Under the pieces are notes generated by a model, which did not search any database, had not been told where the DNA came from, and saw only the letters and a list, made by a program, of their open reading frames with translations. From the NCBI GenBank assembly GCA_016748015.1, contig JAAOMT010000098.1, positions 133,950 through 197,949 of the forward strand: a DNA stretch of 64,000 nt, read 5' to 3'. The position numbers were made by a program, and so were the translations under genes. Of this stretch, positions 38,335 to 51,309 are shown piece after piece; the first letter of the stretch is position 1, and each line of letters opens with the position of its first letter. This DNA is from Geosiphon pyriformis uo1. Taxonomy: Eukaryota; Fungi; Glomeromycota.

Positions 38335-40839
38335 TTAAGATTAAATTGGTTTATGTTAAGACTGTTTTTCAGTCTATACATGGTTTTTTGGATGTAAAAT
38401 TAGTGTTAAAAGACAGTATAAAGCTCTTTTATATGAATTTTGGTTTTCAAAAGTCTTTAAAAACTGTCTTTTTAGTTGAGTTTACAAGTTCTATTTATTT
38501 AATCACTCTTAAAATTGCCAAATTTTTGGTAGTTTTTAAGACTGGTTTTTTTTCTGCTGTTATTATGCTATATAATATGTCTTTAGATTTGTTACCTGAA
38601 TAAAAAAACCAATTCAAAGTTATGGAGAAAAACATAACCAAAAATGTGATAATATAAAATAACACAAGATAATGCAAAAAACACAGAATAATGTATAATA
38701 ATATAGAATAATATGTTATAACATAGTATAACTAGCAATAATATAGAAAAACAAAGTAATAACAAAAATAACAAAGCAATCAAAAGCAATTCTGTAAAAC
38801 AAAAAGAATATATAAAAATGAATAGCTGTAGAAATTAGAAAGACATTCAGACAAAAATTAATTTTCTTTTTCTTTATAATTATTACATTTTACAAAAATA
38901 AAAAACTTATTTGAAAACACAAAAATTATTAATACATGGTCATCAATTATTTTGTATTTAAATCAAACTAATTTTTGTTTTATATTTTTGTTTCAGAACA
39001 AATATTCTTAGCATAAATATCTCAAATCTTAATAATCTGAACTAATTATTTTTGATTACAGTAATTAATAATACTAATTTATCTTTTTTTATTTTATTTT
39101 ATTTTATATTATATTATTTTTTATTTTATTTTTTTATTTTATTTTATTTTTTTATTTTATTTTATTTCTCTTATGGAGTAACAACATAGAAAAATTAACT
39201 GTCTAGAAATAAACTTTGTAATAGTCTAATAAAAAATGGAAGCTTCCTCTATGTTTAAATATTAACATTATCTTGATAGCTTATCAGAAGAGCAAAAAGA
39301 CACCACCAAACCCTAACAACTGTGCTAGTTAACTCAAAAAAGATATTTAATATTCACATATAAGAAGTTACAATACTACAAAACATTTTTCTGTGTCTTA
39401 TAACTAAAAAACTCTATAGGTAAATTGATAATAATTAAACAGATCTTTAAAGACTAATAACTCTGACACAATAAACAAGCCTACCAAAAAAAAACCCTCA
39501 AAAGCTTCTTAAAAACCCAAATTTTGAGCACTAAATATTACCATCATATCTTATTAAGTTTACTCATAACAATATATCTATTGCTAATATTAAGACAATT
39601 TATAATGTTTTTGGTGAAATTGTCTGTATTATGCTAAAGCCTGCTAGTATTTGGCAATATGTGGTTGTTTATTTTGAAAAACTGGACTTTATTGTATCTA
39701 TTTTGAATTATTGGTCAGTTTTAATAAATAAAAATAGTGTTAAAATCTTTTCTTTAGTAAATCAAAATAAAACTATTGTATTTTATAATAAGTTTAAGAC
39801 CAAGTTGGTCAATTTTTTTTCTGGCTGTATTGTTTTTAAGATTAATAATATGATTTTTTAAGTTGAAAATTAAACATGTTTTATTTTTTACTTTCTTAAT
39901 TCTAGTTATTGTTCCTAATTTGCTTTGGTTATATTTGGATTTTAAATTGATTTAAATACTGTTGTAATTAAAACTGATATATTAAGAAAGTGTTGTATCT
40001 GATAAAAAACTTTTAGTTGTTAATACTGTTTTAAGTATCAAGAAATAAGTCATTTGGCTATGAACTGTAAGATTTTTTTATCTTTTTTTTTAAAAATTTC
40101 TAAGGTGTTTGCTTTATGTTTTGTGAGTACTAAATTTTATGCTAAAGTTTTGCTTCTTTGAATCTCTCTATGTTTTCTCTTTTAATGGCTTTTGCTTCTT
40201 TTTTTATAACTGTTGTTAATTTTTTGGTTTTTTTTTAGCTAATATCTCTGAAATTCAAGTTGGCTAAGTTATTGATTTTGGTTAATTTAATTGTTAATTT
40301 TATTGGTGTATTAGTTACTGTATTTAAGTAGTTTGTAAAAAATAATTTTATGTCAACAGTACTTTTAATCTCAAGATTAACGAAATTTTATTGCATATAA
40401 ATACTTTTAGCAAAGCTATAAGTAAGCTAAAACATAATATGGTTGTGCTGAAAGATAAGTGTGGTTTTATTAACATTAACATATTTGGTTTTTATGTGAG
40501 TTTGTTTGTCATTAATAATAATATGTTCTTTAATTTGCTATTACTTTAAAAATATGAATTTGCTAAAGTCAAATTTGATGTATTTAAGACAGTTAATTAG
40601 TTAATAGAATTGGTTTTTAATAGTATTATATTATTTGAAATTGTTTAAAAGATATTTTTTTAGATAAGTTTTTTTTTATATTAGCATAGTATGTTTTTAA
40701 TTAGTTTAAGTGATTAATCATATATAAAAAAAGCATAAATTGCATTTAGCTAAAATTCTTAGTTTTGGTTCTATATATTAGATAGTAATTAGATTATATT
40801 CATTAAACTTTAATAATAATAAAATATAATATAAAAAAA
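38335..40839 (+). mobile_element. ORF1-only non-autonomous non-LTR element (HAL1-like), 5' truncated, interrupted by a solo LTR
   Basis: Divergent ORF1 (GIWQYVVVYF..WSVLINKNSVKI; knuckle CFKYQEISHLAMNC at 40027-40068) ends near 40689 and is followed directly by the LINE-type 3' UTR and a TAA/A tail; no ORF2. Confidence 0.8.
38590..39571 (+). mobile_element. Solo LTR (~0.98 kb)
   Basis: TGTTACC...CATAACA ends; removal restores host ORF1 (MSLD|ISIANIK); same layout as the other LTRs (repeat array, TATA at ~38810, pyrimidine tract); TSD degenerate. Confidence 0.82.
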
Positions 40840-42224
40840 TACATTGTATAATAACAATATTTTATTTTATATAATAATATTTATATAAAAATTACAAATA
40901 TATAAATTTTAATTTATATAAAATAAATTAAAGATATCAAAATTATACTAATGTTTTGTTTTATAAAACTGTTTCAAAAAAAGTTTAACAATTAATAAAT
41001 CAATATTATTTTTATTATTCTATAAATTTTTAGATAAAAACAATTTATTATTGTTTTTAGTAACAAAATTATTACAAACATGTTTATACCAAGTCAATAA
41101 TTTATAAATACTATTACTAAAATACAATCTAATAAAAACTTAAACAAATATATTATTAAAATATAAAATTTTCGAATTTTGTAAAAAATTTTTTTTATTT
41201 TTTAACATTTTAACTTTTTAAAAAGTATAATACTCAGCAAAACCCACTTAAAAAAGTTATATAGGAACGAAAAAAGAGAGTAAATTACAGAAAAAAAGAT
41301 TGACAAAAAATTCAAATCATGTATGGTCAGTAAGTAATGTCCGAATTTGTTATTACAGAACAAAAGAAAAATACATATGAATTGTTTCTTTTTTATTTTG
41401 CATATAGAATTTTTTTTAGAATATGTTAATATATGTTAGCTCTCCATTTACATCTAAACTCTTTTATTTCTTCAGGTAATTGAGCTTACAACTTAAGATA
41501 TTAAAATTAAATCTTAGATTCTCCTACAGTCTTTGGAGAATTTTTACACTTCTGAATATTATTCTTTATTAATTTTTAAATGTTTTCTACAGATTAAATT
41601 CGAATAAGATTATTGACCAATCTATAGTTTAATTTTTTTTTTGCAAGATTATTCTATAATTTTATTTGCAGTATAAATAAATGTATTATCTTGTTAAAAC
41701 ACTAAAATTTTCTTTATTAATTAATATATTGCTTAACATTTTTTTTGTAATTAGTTTGAGATATTTTAAATTTAATTTTAAAATCTAATTAGTTAAAAAT
41801 AGTATTATCATAACTTGATAAATTAGATACAATAAGCAAATATACAAAAATAGATGATAAATAAACCGAATTTTAAGATTTTTTTCAAGTTAAATAGAAA
41901 TTTAAATAAATTGGTATTTTTTAAATTAATCCATACAATTTTATATTTATAATATGAATTTTGTTAATATATGAAACTTATTAAAATGATTGAATGATCA
42001 AATCAAAAATAATAGGTTTGAAAATTTTATTAAAAATATAAGTAATTTTTGTTGCATATTTATAATTATTTATTAAATTAAAAGTTATAAAATATTTTTA
42101 TTTTAAATTATTTTAATATTATTAATAGAAATATTAATTTATTATTATTATAAAATATTATCAATAAAATATTGTTACAATTTTCAATTTTTTTGTACTA
42201 ATTGACCCATATTTATATATTAAT

Positions 42225-43334
42225 TATATTATAAATAACAACATGAGTTTTATTATTATTATAATAGTAAGACATAAATGACAAGAATTCTCTTTAGTAA
42301 ATGGCTTAAAAAGTTTGATCGAAAAATAACCAAGCATAAACACCATGTTTTATTACTATTGGATAATGTATCATTATATGTTCTAACTAATATAAAATTA
42401 AAGAGCACTAGAATATATATGCTTTTTTCAAATACAATATCTAAAATACAACCAATAAATACTGGCATTATTGCAGTATTTAAGTGCTGTTATCATGCTT
42501 GTCAGCTTATATATATTATTAATTAATATAATATTGGATATAAAAATTTTTATCATATTAACTTACTTTAGACAATTTATTGAATTTGAAAATGTTGGTT
42601 TAATATTAGCACACATATTATTTAAAACTGTTGGTATTATCCCAGTCTAATAAAAACAGCACATAATATTGAATTAAAACAGAAACAGTAAAAAAAAGTT
42701 ACAAAAACTTTAATATTATACATTAAACAACTAAGTGTTAAAAATTTATTTAATACTAAGAAAATTGTAAACCTTATTTCTAAAGCAGAAATTTATATTG
42801 TATTGACTAATCAAAACATAATAAAAGTTTGTTATAATTTAATAACAAGTTTGGAAGCCCAAGATAATATTGAAAAAATTAAGAAAATTAATGTTAAATC
42901 ATCTAAGTATAAAAAATTTATTCAAATTGCAAATATATTATGTTGGTTGAATAATAGTAATGAAACTTTTAAATAACAATTAATAGTTTATGTTATATAC
43001 AACATATTCTCAAAGAATTTATTGAGATTGAAAAAAAAATCACATATATAAACTTCTCTTAATTATTATTGGTCAATAATATAATATAATTATAATTTTT
43101 AATAAATTTCTCTTATATTAGAAATTATATAAGTTGTTAAATAATTTCAAATATAGTAATATAAAATTTTATTTCTCTAAATTAATATATATAAGAAATT
43201 TTATTAGAAGTTATTAGTCATTATTTAATAGAAGTTTATTAGTTATTACTATTTAATTGCTTTTGAAATTAGTTAATTTATTAGTTATTACAGATTATTA
43301 CTTATAAGAGGATTATTTATTACAGGTTCTACTA
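42225..43334 (+). mobile_element. pogo/Tigger-type (DDE_1) DNA transposon relic, 3' half
   Basis: *MTRILFSKWLKKFDRKI..VLLLLDNVSLY....MLFSNTISKIQPINTGIIAVFKCCY = decayed WMT..F..WL..FD..LLLLDNASSH..LPPNTTS..QPMDAGII..FK..Y; TIR-like end aggttctacta followed by TA; 5' TIR not found. Confidence 0.82.
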
Positions 43335-46300
43335 TACTTGAAGAATAACTTGTTTACTTTATTTATAAAATAAATGGGGCATAAAAAATTTTTATTTATT
43401 AACTTAGAAACAAAGATAAAAGCTTAGAATTTTAAATATTTACTAGTTTTTTATGTTATCATATTATTTTTTCTGAGATATTGGTTTTACAATATCAATT
43501 TTTTCACATAATATTGATTCTGTGCAATAAGCAACTTTATTTTTTCTATTAATTTAAGAGAATAAGCAAAATATATTTGATTAAAATCTAAAGTTTAAAT
43601 TATGTTTATTTATTACAACAAATAAGATTGAACAATTCTTAAAGTTGGAACCAATAAGCTTTTAATCTGGTAAAATCTTTTAAAATTCTTTCAATTCACA
43701 AAAATGTATTGAATACAAAAACTTTTTCAATTTGGTAGGTTTTAATCATAAATAAAATTTATTGTAAAAAAAACTTTTATATTGAACTTAATAAAAAGAT
43801 TATTTGGGAAAAAATAAAAAAAAAAATTATGCTTAAAAAATTATCTGCAAATAATGAAAGTTTTTGCTTAAAAAAGTTAATTTAATTTTTAAAATATAGT
43901 TAAACTAACAATATTTTATCCTAATAAAAAAGATTTTCAAGTAATATGAAAATACTTGTTCTAATAATGCAAAATATATTTTTAGCAGAGCAATACAGAA
44001 ACAAAATACAGTTATTGGTGACATGGCCCTTGTATATGGTGCTGGTGTAATAAACTTTTGTATTCACCAAGTAATGAATGCAAATCCTGCCTAATCTATT
44101 ACAAAGATTGGGAACCAATTAGCTTAATACCTCAAAAAGAACTTAAAGAGGTACAAAAGTTCTTTGAAAATGAACCACCTGAAATCCAATCATGAAAGCT
44201 CAATAATTTCACAACTTTTTTAAATTTGATTTTATATACAAATTTTTACATATTATTTTAATATATATATTGTGAGTTAAAATCTAAACACTATTATAGT
44301 CAGAGAGTCTGAAATTTTTAAAATAAACTGTTCAAACACAGTCAACAGTTTTTGTATATAATTTTTTTTATATAGAATTTTCACTTCTTAATTTCAATTA
44401 TCTATACTCGTAATTATGAACTTGATTACATTCAATTGTTTAATTGTTTTATTTAAGTTAAATAGACTTTGATAATATTAAATAAATTGTTTATCTGTGC
44501 AAGTATACAAATAATCTTATTTAAAACAAATTCAAATCTAGTGTTTTTATTTCAAAGCAGTTTTAAAAATTATGCCTTTACATAAAAAAATCTATTTTAT
44601 TGTTTGAGATATCAAAGATAAAGAATTTCAATTATAGAGAATTTATATAAAAGGTCTGTAAAATGCTGTACTAAATATATTACTGTTTTTTTTATCATCA
44701 AGTTATTAAGGCTAAGGATTTAAAAACTATATTTGAGACTTATAGTCTTTTGTATATAATTTTTGTGCTTATATTAAAATTTTTGTTAAAATTGTTATTG
44801 CATTTTTATAATTTTGGAATTTTGGAAAAATAATTGTTGAAAATTTTGATATATATTTCAGTGATTATTTTTTTTAAAAAATAAAATAACTATGTTTTAT
44901 CTCTTTTAAAAACCTGTTTTATGTAAAGATTTTAATGGAATTTTTTAAATTTAAAAATTTAATAAATTTTTTTTATGCAAATAGTTTCATCTTGTTTTTA
45001 AAAAACTGAAAATTAATTTCTTTAATTAACAAAATATTATTTAAAACATTTTTTTTTCAAAATGTTATTGCTGATTATATTAGTGAATTTGTTATAGTGT
45101 TTTAGCTAAACATTTAAAAAATTTATAACTTAAATCTCAAAATCATCTGATATTTCAATTTGTTTTATTGTTAGCAAATTTTTTGCTGAGTTTTTTATTT
45201 CTGAAGATTTTTAAGATTTATAAACTTTTTTTTGAAAGTTTTGTAAAAAGACTTTTAAAACTACTTCAATGTATTAAAAATAAATTTTCAAAGTTTTGAT
45301 GTTAGATTATTTCTAAATCAAGCATTATTTAATATTATAAACAAAATAATTTAATTTTTAAAAAACAATTATTCAACAAAGCTAATGGCTAATTTATTTT
45401 AAGACTATTAATTTTAATTAAAAAAAAATTAATTGTAAAAAAATTTTAATGTTTGTTAATTATAATATCACAGTTAAATATCTAGTTATAAATTTGACTA
45501 TTTGTTTTTCTAATAATCATATGAGCAAAATCTTAAAAATTGTAGAAAAAAATTCAAAAGTCAAAATTGATTATACTTTAAATATTTTTTTATCTTTAAA
45601 TTAAAGTTAATAATATAATTAAATTCAAGTAAAATTATTAGAAAAGTGTAGTTTAATACACAAATAAATTTATTTCATAAAAGCAATTATAATTATTATT
45701 GCTATTAGAATTGATCAAAATTATTTGAAAAAAGTTTACTTCAATCAGATAATTTGTTTATGGAAAAATTGAAAAAATTCACTCTTTTTGTTAGTAAAGT
45801 ATCTTGTTTAAATCCAGTCAAAGATCAAAACATTATAAAATTAACTGTTCAATTTATGATCTTAATATCTTATATTATATATATTATTTTACTTTATGAT
45901 TAATTCCCCAAATTTTCTTTTTTTTAAAATTCAAATTTCAATTGTCTATCTTAGCGAAAATAATAAATATATGTAAAAACCAAATTTTTTTGATCCAGAT
46001 TCATGTCAAAAAGTTAGATTTTGAAGTTATCTCAGAAAAACGACTTCAAACATGATACAAAATTACAAATTATCTAATAATTGATAAAAATTTTTTTCTT
46101 AAATTTCAATTTGGGTAAACAGAGTTAAGATATCAAATTAACTATAGATAAAAAAAAATTCTGCCAGCATATATTTTAGAGTTTTATTGGACATGGACTT
46201 GCTAATATTACATAAATTTTTATATTTTAATCAAATTTCTTATCAAGACTCATCTAATTAACATTAATTTTTAGTGTTTGCTATACTTAGAACTTTCGAA

Positions 46301-46540
46301 TTTTTGACAATAAAAGTGTCTGAATTATCCCAAATTAAAGTTTACAAATATGATGAATCTCAATTCAGAAATTACAAATTCATTCATAAGCTAAATTTTT
46401 TTAAAAATTTAAAAATATATAGAGTAATATTTTATAATAATTTTATACCTAAATATCTAAAGAGTTATCAAAAAGCACAATATTTATATCATAGACAAGA
46501 GCTTTAAATATCACTAAAAAATTATGGCTGTGCTACTTCT

Positions 46541-46563
46541 AATAATAATAATAATAATAATAA
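46541..46563 (+). repeat. (AAT)n microsatellite
   Basis: aataataataataataataataa. Confidence 0.9.
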
Positions 46564-47649
46564 GAATGATTTCAATATTTATTTATGTCCAAACCCCAAA
46601 TCTACAAACAAAATAAAGTTAGAAAACCTAATAAGTTATTATAAAATCAAAATTTAGTTTTTAATCTGAACAATTTTTTAACAATTATTAATCATTTTTT
46701 ATATATTTAGGAATGCAATAGTAGAACTAAGGCTGTATTAAATAAAGAAGCTTTTGCATTACAATGTCCTCCTATAATAACAATCAAGCATTCTTAAATG
46801 GCTATTTTTTTTACCAAAAATAAGAACACTAAAATTAAATTTAATTCTGATAATTAAATTTTTTTAGAATATATTTATTTAGATATATTGTTTATTGTTT
46901 TTTTTTAATAAATTTTTTTATAAATATTCTAATTATTTAACTAAATAAAAAAGTTCAAAAAATTAAAGTAAATTAAAATTTTATTTTGGTTTTGCCTTTA
47001 TTAAAAAAGTATTTCAACATATATTTAATTTGAGTCAAATTAAAATAAAATTATCAAATTCCAATAAAATTTGTTTTTTAATTTAAAATTCTGGTTTTAA
47101 TTAAAAATAAACATTCATATTTTTTTTATTTAAAACTTATAAACATAAAGTTATTATTGTTTGAACTTAATTAATATTAACAATTATTAAAGTTATTACC
47201 AAACTATTATTATTTAAAAATACTTTTATTAATTACAATTTTATTATACATTAGGTTTCTTAAATACTTTATATCAATTATTTTAAATTTCTGAATTAAA
47301 TTTCAATTGGCTTAAACAATAAACAGTAAATAATTAGAGTTTATTAGAATTGACAATAAGTAAATAATTTTGTTATTGTAAAAATCCTTCTCTAATTACT
47401 TTGTTATATACTAATAAAGTTTTATACATATATAAACTAGATAGATATAGAAAAAATAATTGACAAATATAACTATTCTCTTTTGTTCTTTATTTTTATA
47501 AGAAATCTTAAATTACAATTACTTCCTTCTTAAAACAAAGATTTAGTGAATCTTAAATGATTTGTTCCTATTCTTTCTGGTTCTGCCACTTTTGGATTTG
47601 TTGTTGGTGCTGGTTTTCTGTAGGATTATACTTTACAAGAAGCATCAAA

Positions 47650-48486
47650 TGTTACAGATAACTATTTTGGGTCTTAAATCAAATAACAAATCTGTAACTT
47701 GGTGCTTAATTGATGATAGTGTTGCTAAAAATCTGAAAGTGTTGTGATCTAAATGTTTTGGTTGAATTCTTTGTATAATGGACAAAAATTCAATTGATTG
47801 TTTATCTATAGCTTCCCAAAATTGCAGTTTTGTCAATTTTTTTCTTAGCATAATGACCAGTAATCCTCCTGGTAAGATATTCTTAATTCTGAGTGTCTAT
47901 CTTTATTCCTGGATCTTTTACCAGTGTTATATCTTGATGTTAGTATCTTCATGCATAAATCTTTTTAATCAAGTTAATAAACAAAAAAAGTAAAGCAAGA
48001 AAAAAAATTAAATGAAATAAAAAATAAGCTAAGGCAAAGTACATGTTAGTATCCTATTAATAGCTATAATTAAGAACTATTGTTTTAGTGTGGTTAAATA
48101 TGGATTGCTATCAACATAAAGTGTTAATAGTGGAGAAATAAATTGAAATAGTAAATAATTATTTTATTGATATTTTTGGTTTGGGAAGTTGTTTAGATAA
48201 AATATAACTAAAAGGTCTGTCTTTTTTACTTCTAATGTACTGTTATATATACCTAATTTATGTTCTATGAGATTGCTCACATTTCCAAGCAATGTGCTAT
48301 AATTTTTTGCATAATGCTTACATTGCTAAACAATATGTCCTAATTTTCTAATATTACTCTACATTACTAAGCAATGTGTCATAATTTTTGATATTGCTTT
48401 ACATTGCTGAGTAATATGTTCACATGCTAATTACTACTCCCTTATTGGTTTACTATTTTCTATATCTGTTTTTTTTATGAGTAATA
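47650..48486 (-). mobile_element. 5' LTR of a minus-strand LTR retrotransposon inserted into LINE-e, followed by a PBS-like site and internal remnant (to ~47530)
   Basis: Homologous to 7378-8316; TATTACTCAT...TAACA; followed on minus by ttTGATGCTTC (probably decayed TGGTGC.. PBS); its outer end abuts LINE RT sequence. Confidence 0.85.
48271..48425. repeat. ~40-bp tandem repeat x4 with a palindromic core, in the LTR U3
   Basis: Core consensus ACATTGCT-N-AGCAATGT in each unit. Confidence 0.85.
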
Positions 48487-51178
48487 ATGATTTAGATCAA
48501 GACAAGATTTTCTCTCCACTCTTTTAAAGAATCTTCTATGATCTGCTTTTGTGTAAAGTTAAAAGACATAAGCACTTGTGTGGATACAGAATTGATATTA
48601 GGTTTGTGGCAAGATCTGATAGAGTTGAAGTGACTGGTAAAAAAACTTTTTTTGGTTGCTGATGCCTTTGTTAATGATACAATTTGGGTTGGAAGTTGTC
48701 AGACTTCTATTCAATATATTTTAAACATTGCTAGTAAGTTTTTTAAGATCAATGACATTTCGATTAATAATTACAAAACAGTGGCTATTTCAATCAATCA
48801 AAATGTTAAGTCTGCTTCCTTGTTGATTAATGGCTTGCCAATTTCCATTGTAAAAAAAGGTGAAACATACAGATATCTGGGCATTTTTTTGTTTACTGAA
48901 GACCTTTCTAAACCTAGCTTGGCTCAAACTCATATTAATGTTAGGTTTTTTTTTAATATAATATTAAAAAAAACTATTACAAATAAACAATTTTCATACT
49001 TGGTTTTGGCTGTTTTGCAGCCAATAATTAGCTATCATACACAATTTAGTTTTGTCTCTTTGGCTATATGTTGCAAGTAGGACACTTTGGTGAGAAAGAA
49101 TCTCAGATTTAAGACTGGCTTATCATGTGATTTTTTCAGTAAGGCCTTATATTATTCTTTTTTGTATAATGTGAAACTTTTTAAACAAGTGCAATCTAAA
49201 AGAAAATTAGTCTCACTGATTTCCTTTTCTAATGTCTGTGGCATTCTTGGGTGTTTGTTTGAGCACAAATTTTTGGATTTACAAGTTTTGAAGTGGTTTT
49301 CTTTAAACTTCTTACAGTATTTTGTCAAATTGAAGGTTAGTCCTGTAAATAAAATTTTGATTAGTGTAGTGAAGATTCTTTTAGAAAATGAGTTATCTTT
49401 GGCTAACAATTTGCCCAATGCTTTTTGTGGATCTGGCAAATTTCTAATGTCTGGCATCTTTAATTATCTCTTGTATTATGACTCTGTTTTTTCTTTGAAG
49501 CATTTTGGTATTGCTTTTGGTAATAGGCTTTTGGACAAAAAGGGGAGGGTAATGGATTGGAAAATGTTTCGGTGGTAGAAAAAATTGGATCCAAGAGGAC
49601 TTATACTTTACTGGTTTACTCTGGCAGCTAAGTTTATAAACAAACATGTCTCTTTGAAGGCTGAGTCTACTAATGCTCTTAATTTACCAGTGTTGAGTGT
49701 TTTAGATTCTGAAGCATTTTCTGATGTCCATAGTAGTCTGATGGAGATTTGGTTTAATTGTATTGAGATTTACACAAATGAGTTGTTGAAAAGTGCTGGT
49801 TCTGCAAAAATGGCTAGTGGTGCAGCTGCATATTTTCCAGCTACAAACATGGGTGTTGGGATTAGAGTACATGGGCTTTTGTTTTCTATTCTGGCTGAAT
49901 TGCAAGCCATTGCTTTGGTCTTGGAGTGTATTCTATTTTCTTGTGCTATAGTTTTGTATTCGGACAGCCAATTCATAATTAATACTTATGTTTCAGAAAT
50001 TGCATTTGCCATGCCAGATTTTCACAATTGTTGCTGAATTGAAAGATCACACATTACCAATCTTATCAAGAGTAAAAACATTTTGGTTGAATAAATGAAA
50101 ATTAAGGGACATTTAAAGGTTTCAGGCAATATTAGAGCTAATGAATTGGCAGAAAATGCCACCTGTTCTTTGCTCTTTTTGCCTGTTGGGGGTCAGAAAT
50201 GATTTTTGGTTGCTGAAAATACTGTTGTGTCTGGTAATACCAGACATTTTGTTCAAGACATTTATCAGTTAATCTGCCATGCTCGTTGGAAGACTGGTCC
50301 TGGCTATAATGTCATTTTAAATACTGTGGTTAATATAATAGATTGGGCTACTATTGTAAAAATTTGGCATCCTGACTCACATATGCTCTTTGGGTCTACT
50401 AGCAGATACTTTGGCTAATATGTGCACTTATTTGATAAAAGCAATACATAGGTAGTTACTAGTAGCAGTTAAGAAAAGGTTATATAATAAGAATTATTTT
50501 AGAGTGTTGTATTTGCTGTGTGAGAATGTAGAGTTGTCTGATCATGGTTTTGGTTATTTTGGTAATGTCAGTTTCTATGAAGACATTTTAGAGGAGGTAG
50601 CTAAAAAATGGGTGTTATTGGTAGACCTTTTTTGTCTGTCTTTATTAGCTGTTTTACATTTACTATTGGCGTGTTCTTGAGATATGAGTCTGTATACTAC
50701 TATATGTAAAAGTTTTGTGTTAAAAAATTGGCAGGCTGAAGCTGTTTTGATCTTTGAAGGAAAGAAAAAGGCTGATTTGGCTCTTGTTAATTATGTTAGA
50801 TTTGTGGTTAAATTGTACCACACCAAGGTCTGGCTTGTTAAAATCAAGCATAGAATAAATATGAAAAAAACTGGCTTAATCAAAAACAATGGTGTAGTTT
50901 TAGGCTTGTTTTGTTGTTTGGTATCTTTGTTGTTAGATAAAGTTGTTCATATGGAAATTTTTACTGTCAATTTTGGTAAACGCAAATTGTGTTATTTTTT
51001 TTTTGGTTTAGGTAGTAATGCTTTTGTTAGTATAAATATATAGTGTTGCTTTGTCCAGTTTGAGTGGCTGGCCATATGTAGTTAGTGCATGAGCTGTATT
51101 TAGTTTGTTCTACTTAGTTTAGTTCTATGTACTAGATAGCAGTTAGGTTTTACTTGTAAAATGCATAATAAAAAAAAA
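48487..51178 (+). mobile_element. LINE copy e, 3' half (RT C-terminal part, RNase H, 3' UTR, A-tail); divergent subfamily
   Basis: DAFVNDTIW, IYTNELL, LAELQAI, YSDSQ, WHPDSH; ORF2 stop at 51043; tail at 51170-51178. Confidence 0.93.
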
Positions 51179-51309
51179 TTTATTAAACAAATTAATTTTT
51201 TTTTTATTTACAAATAAAGTCTAATTATTATTTAATATAATATAACTATTTAAAATTCTAAATTAAATATAATTTATGTACTTGTTACATATAACAAATA
51301 ATTTTTTTG

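Noticed and set aside
44200-47500. Possible further TE or gene relics (also 12340-13330, 40840-42220, 62680-63600)
   Set aside because: Too eroded to assign any motif by eye; left unannotated.
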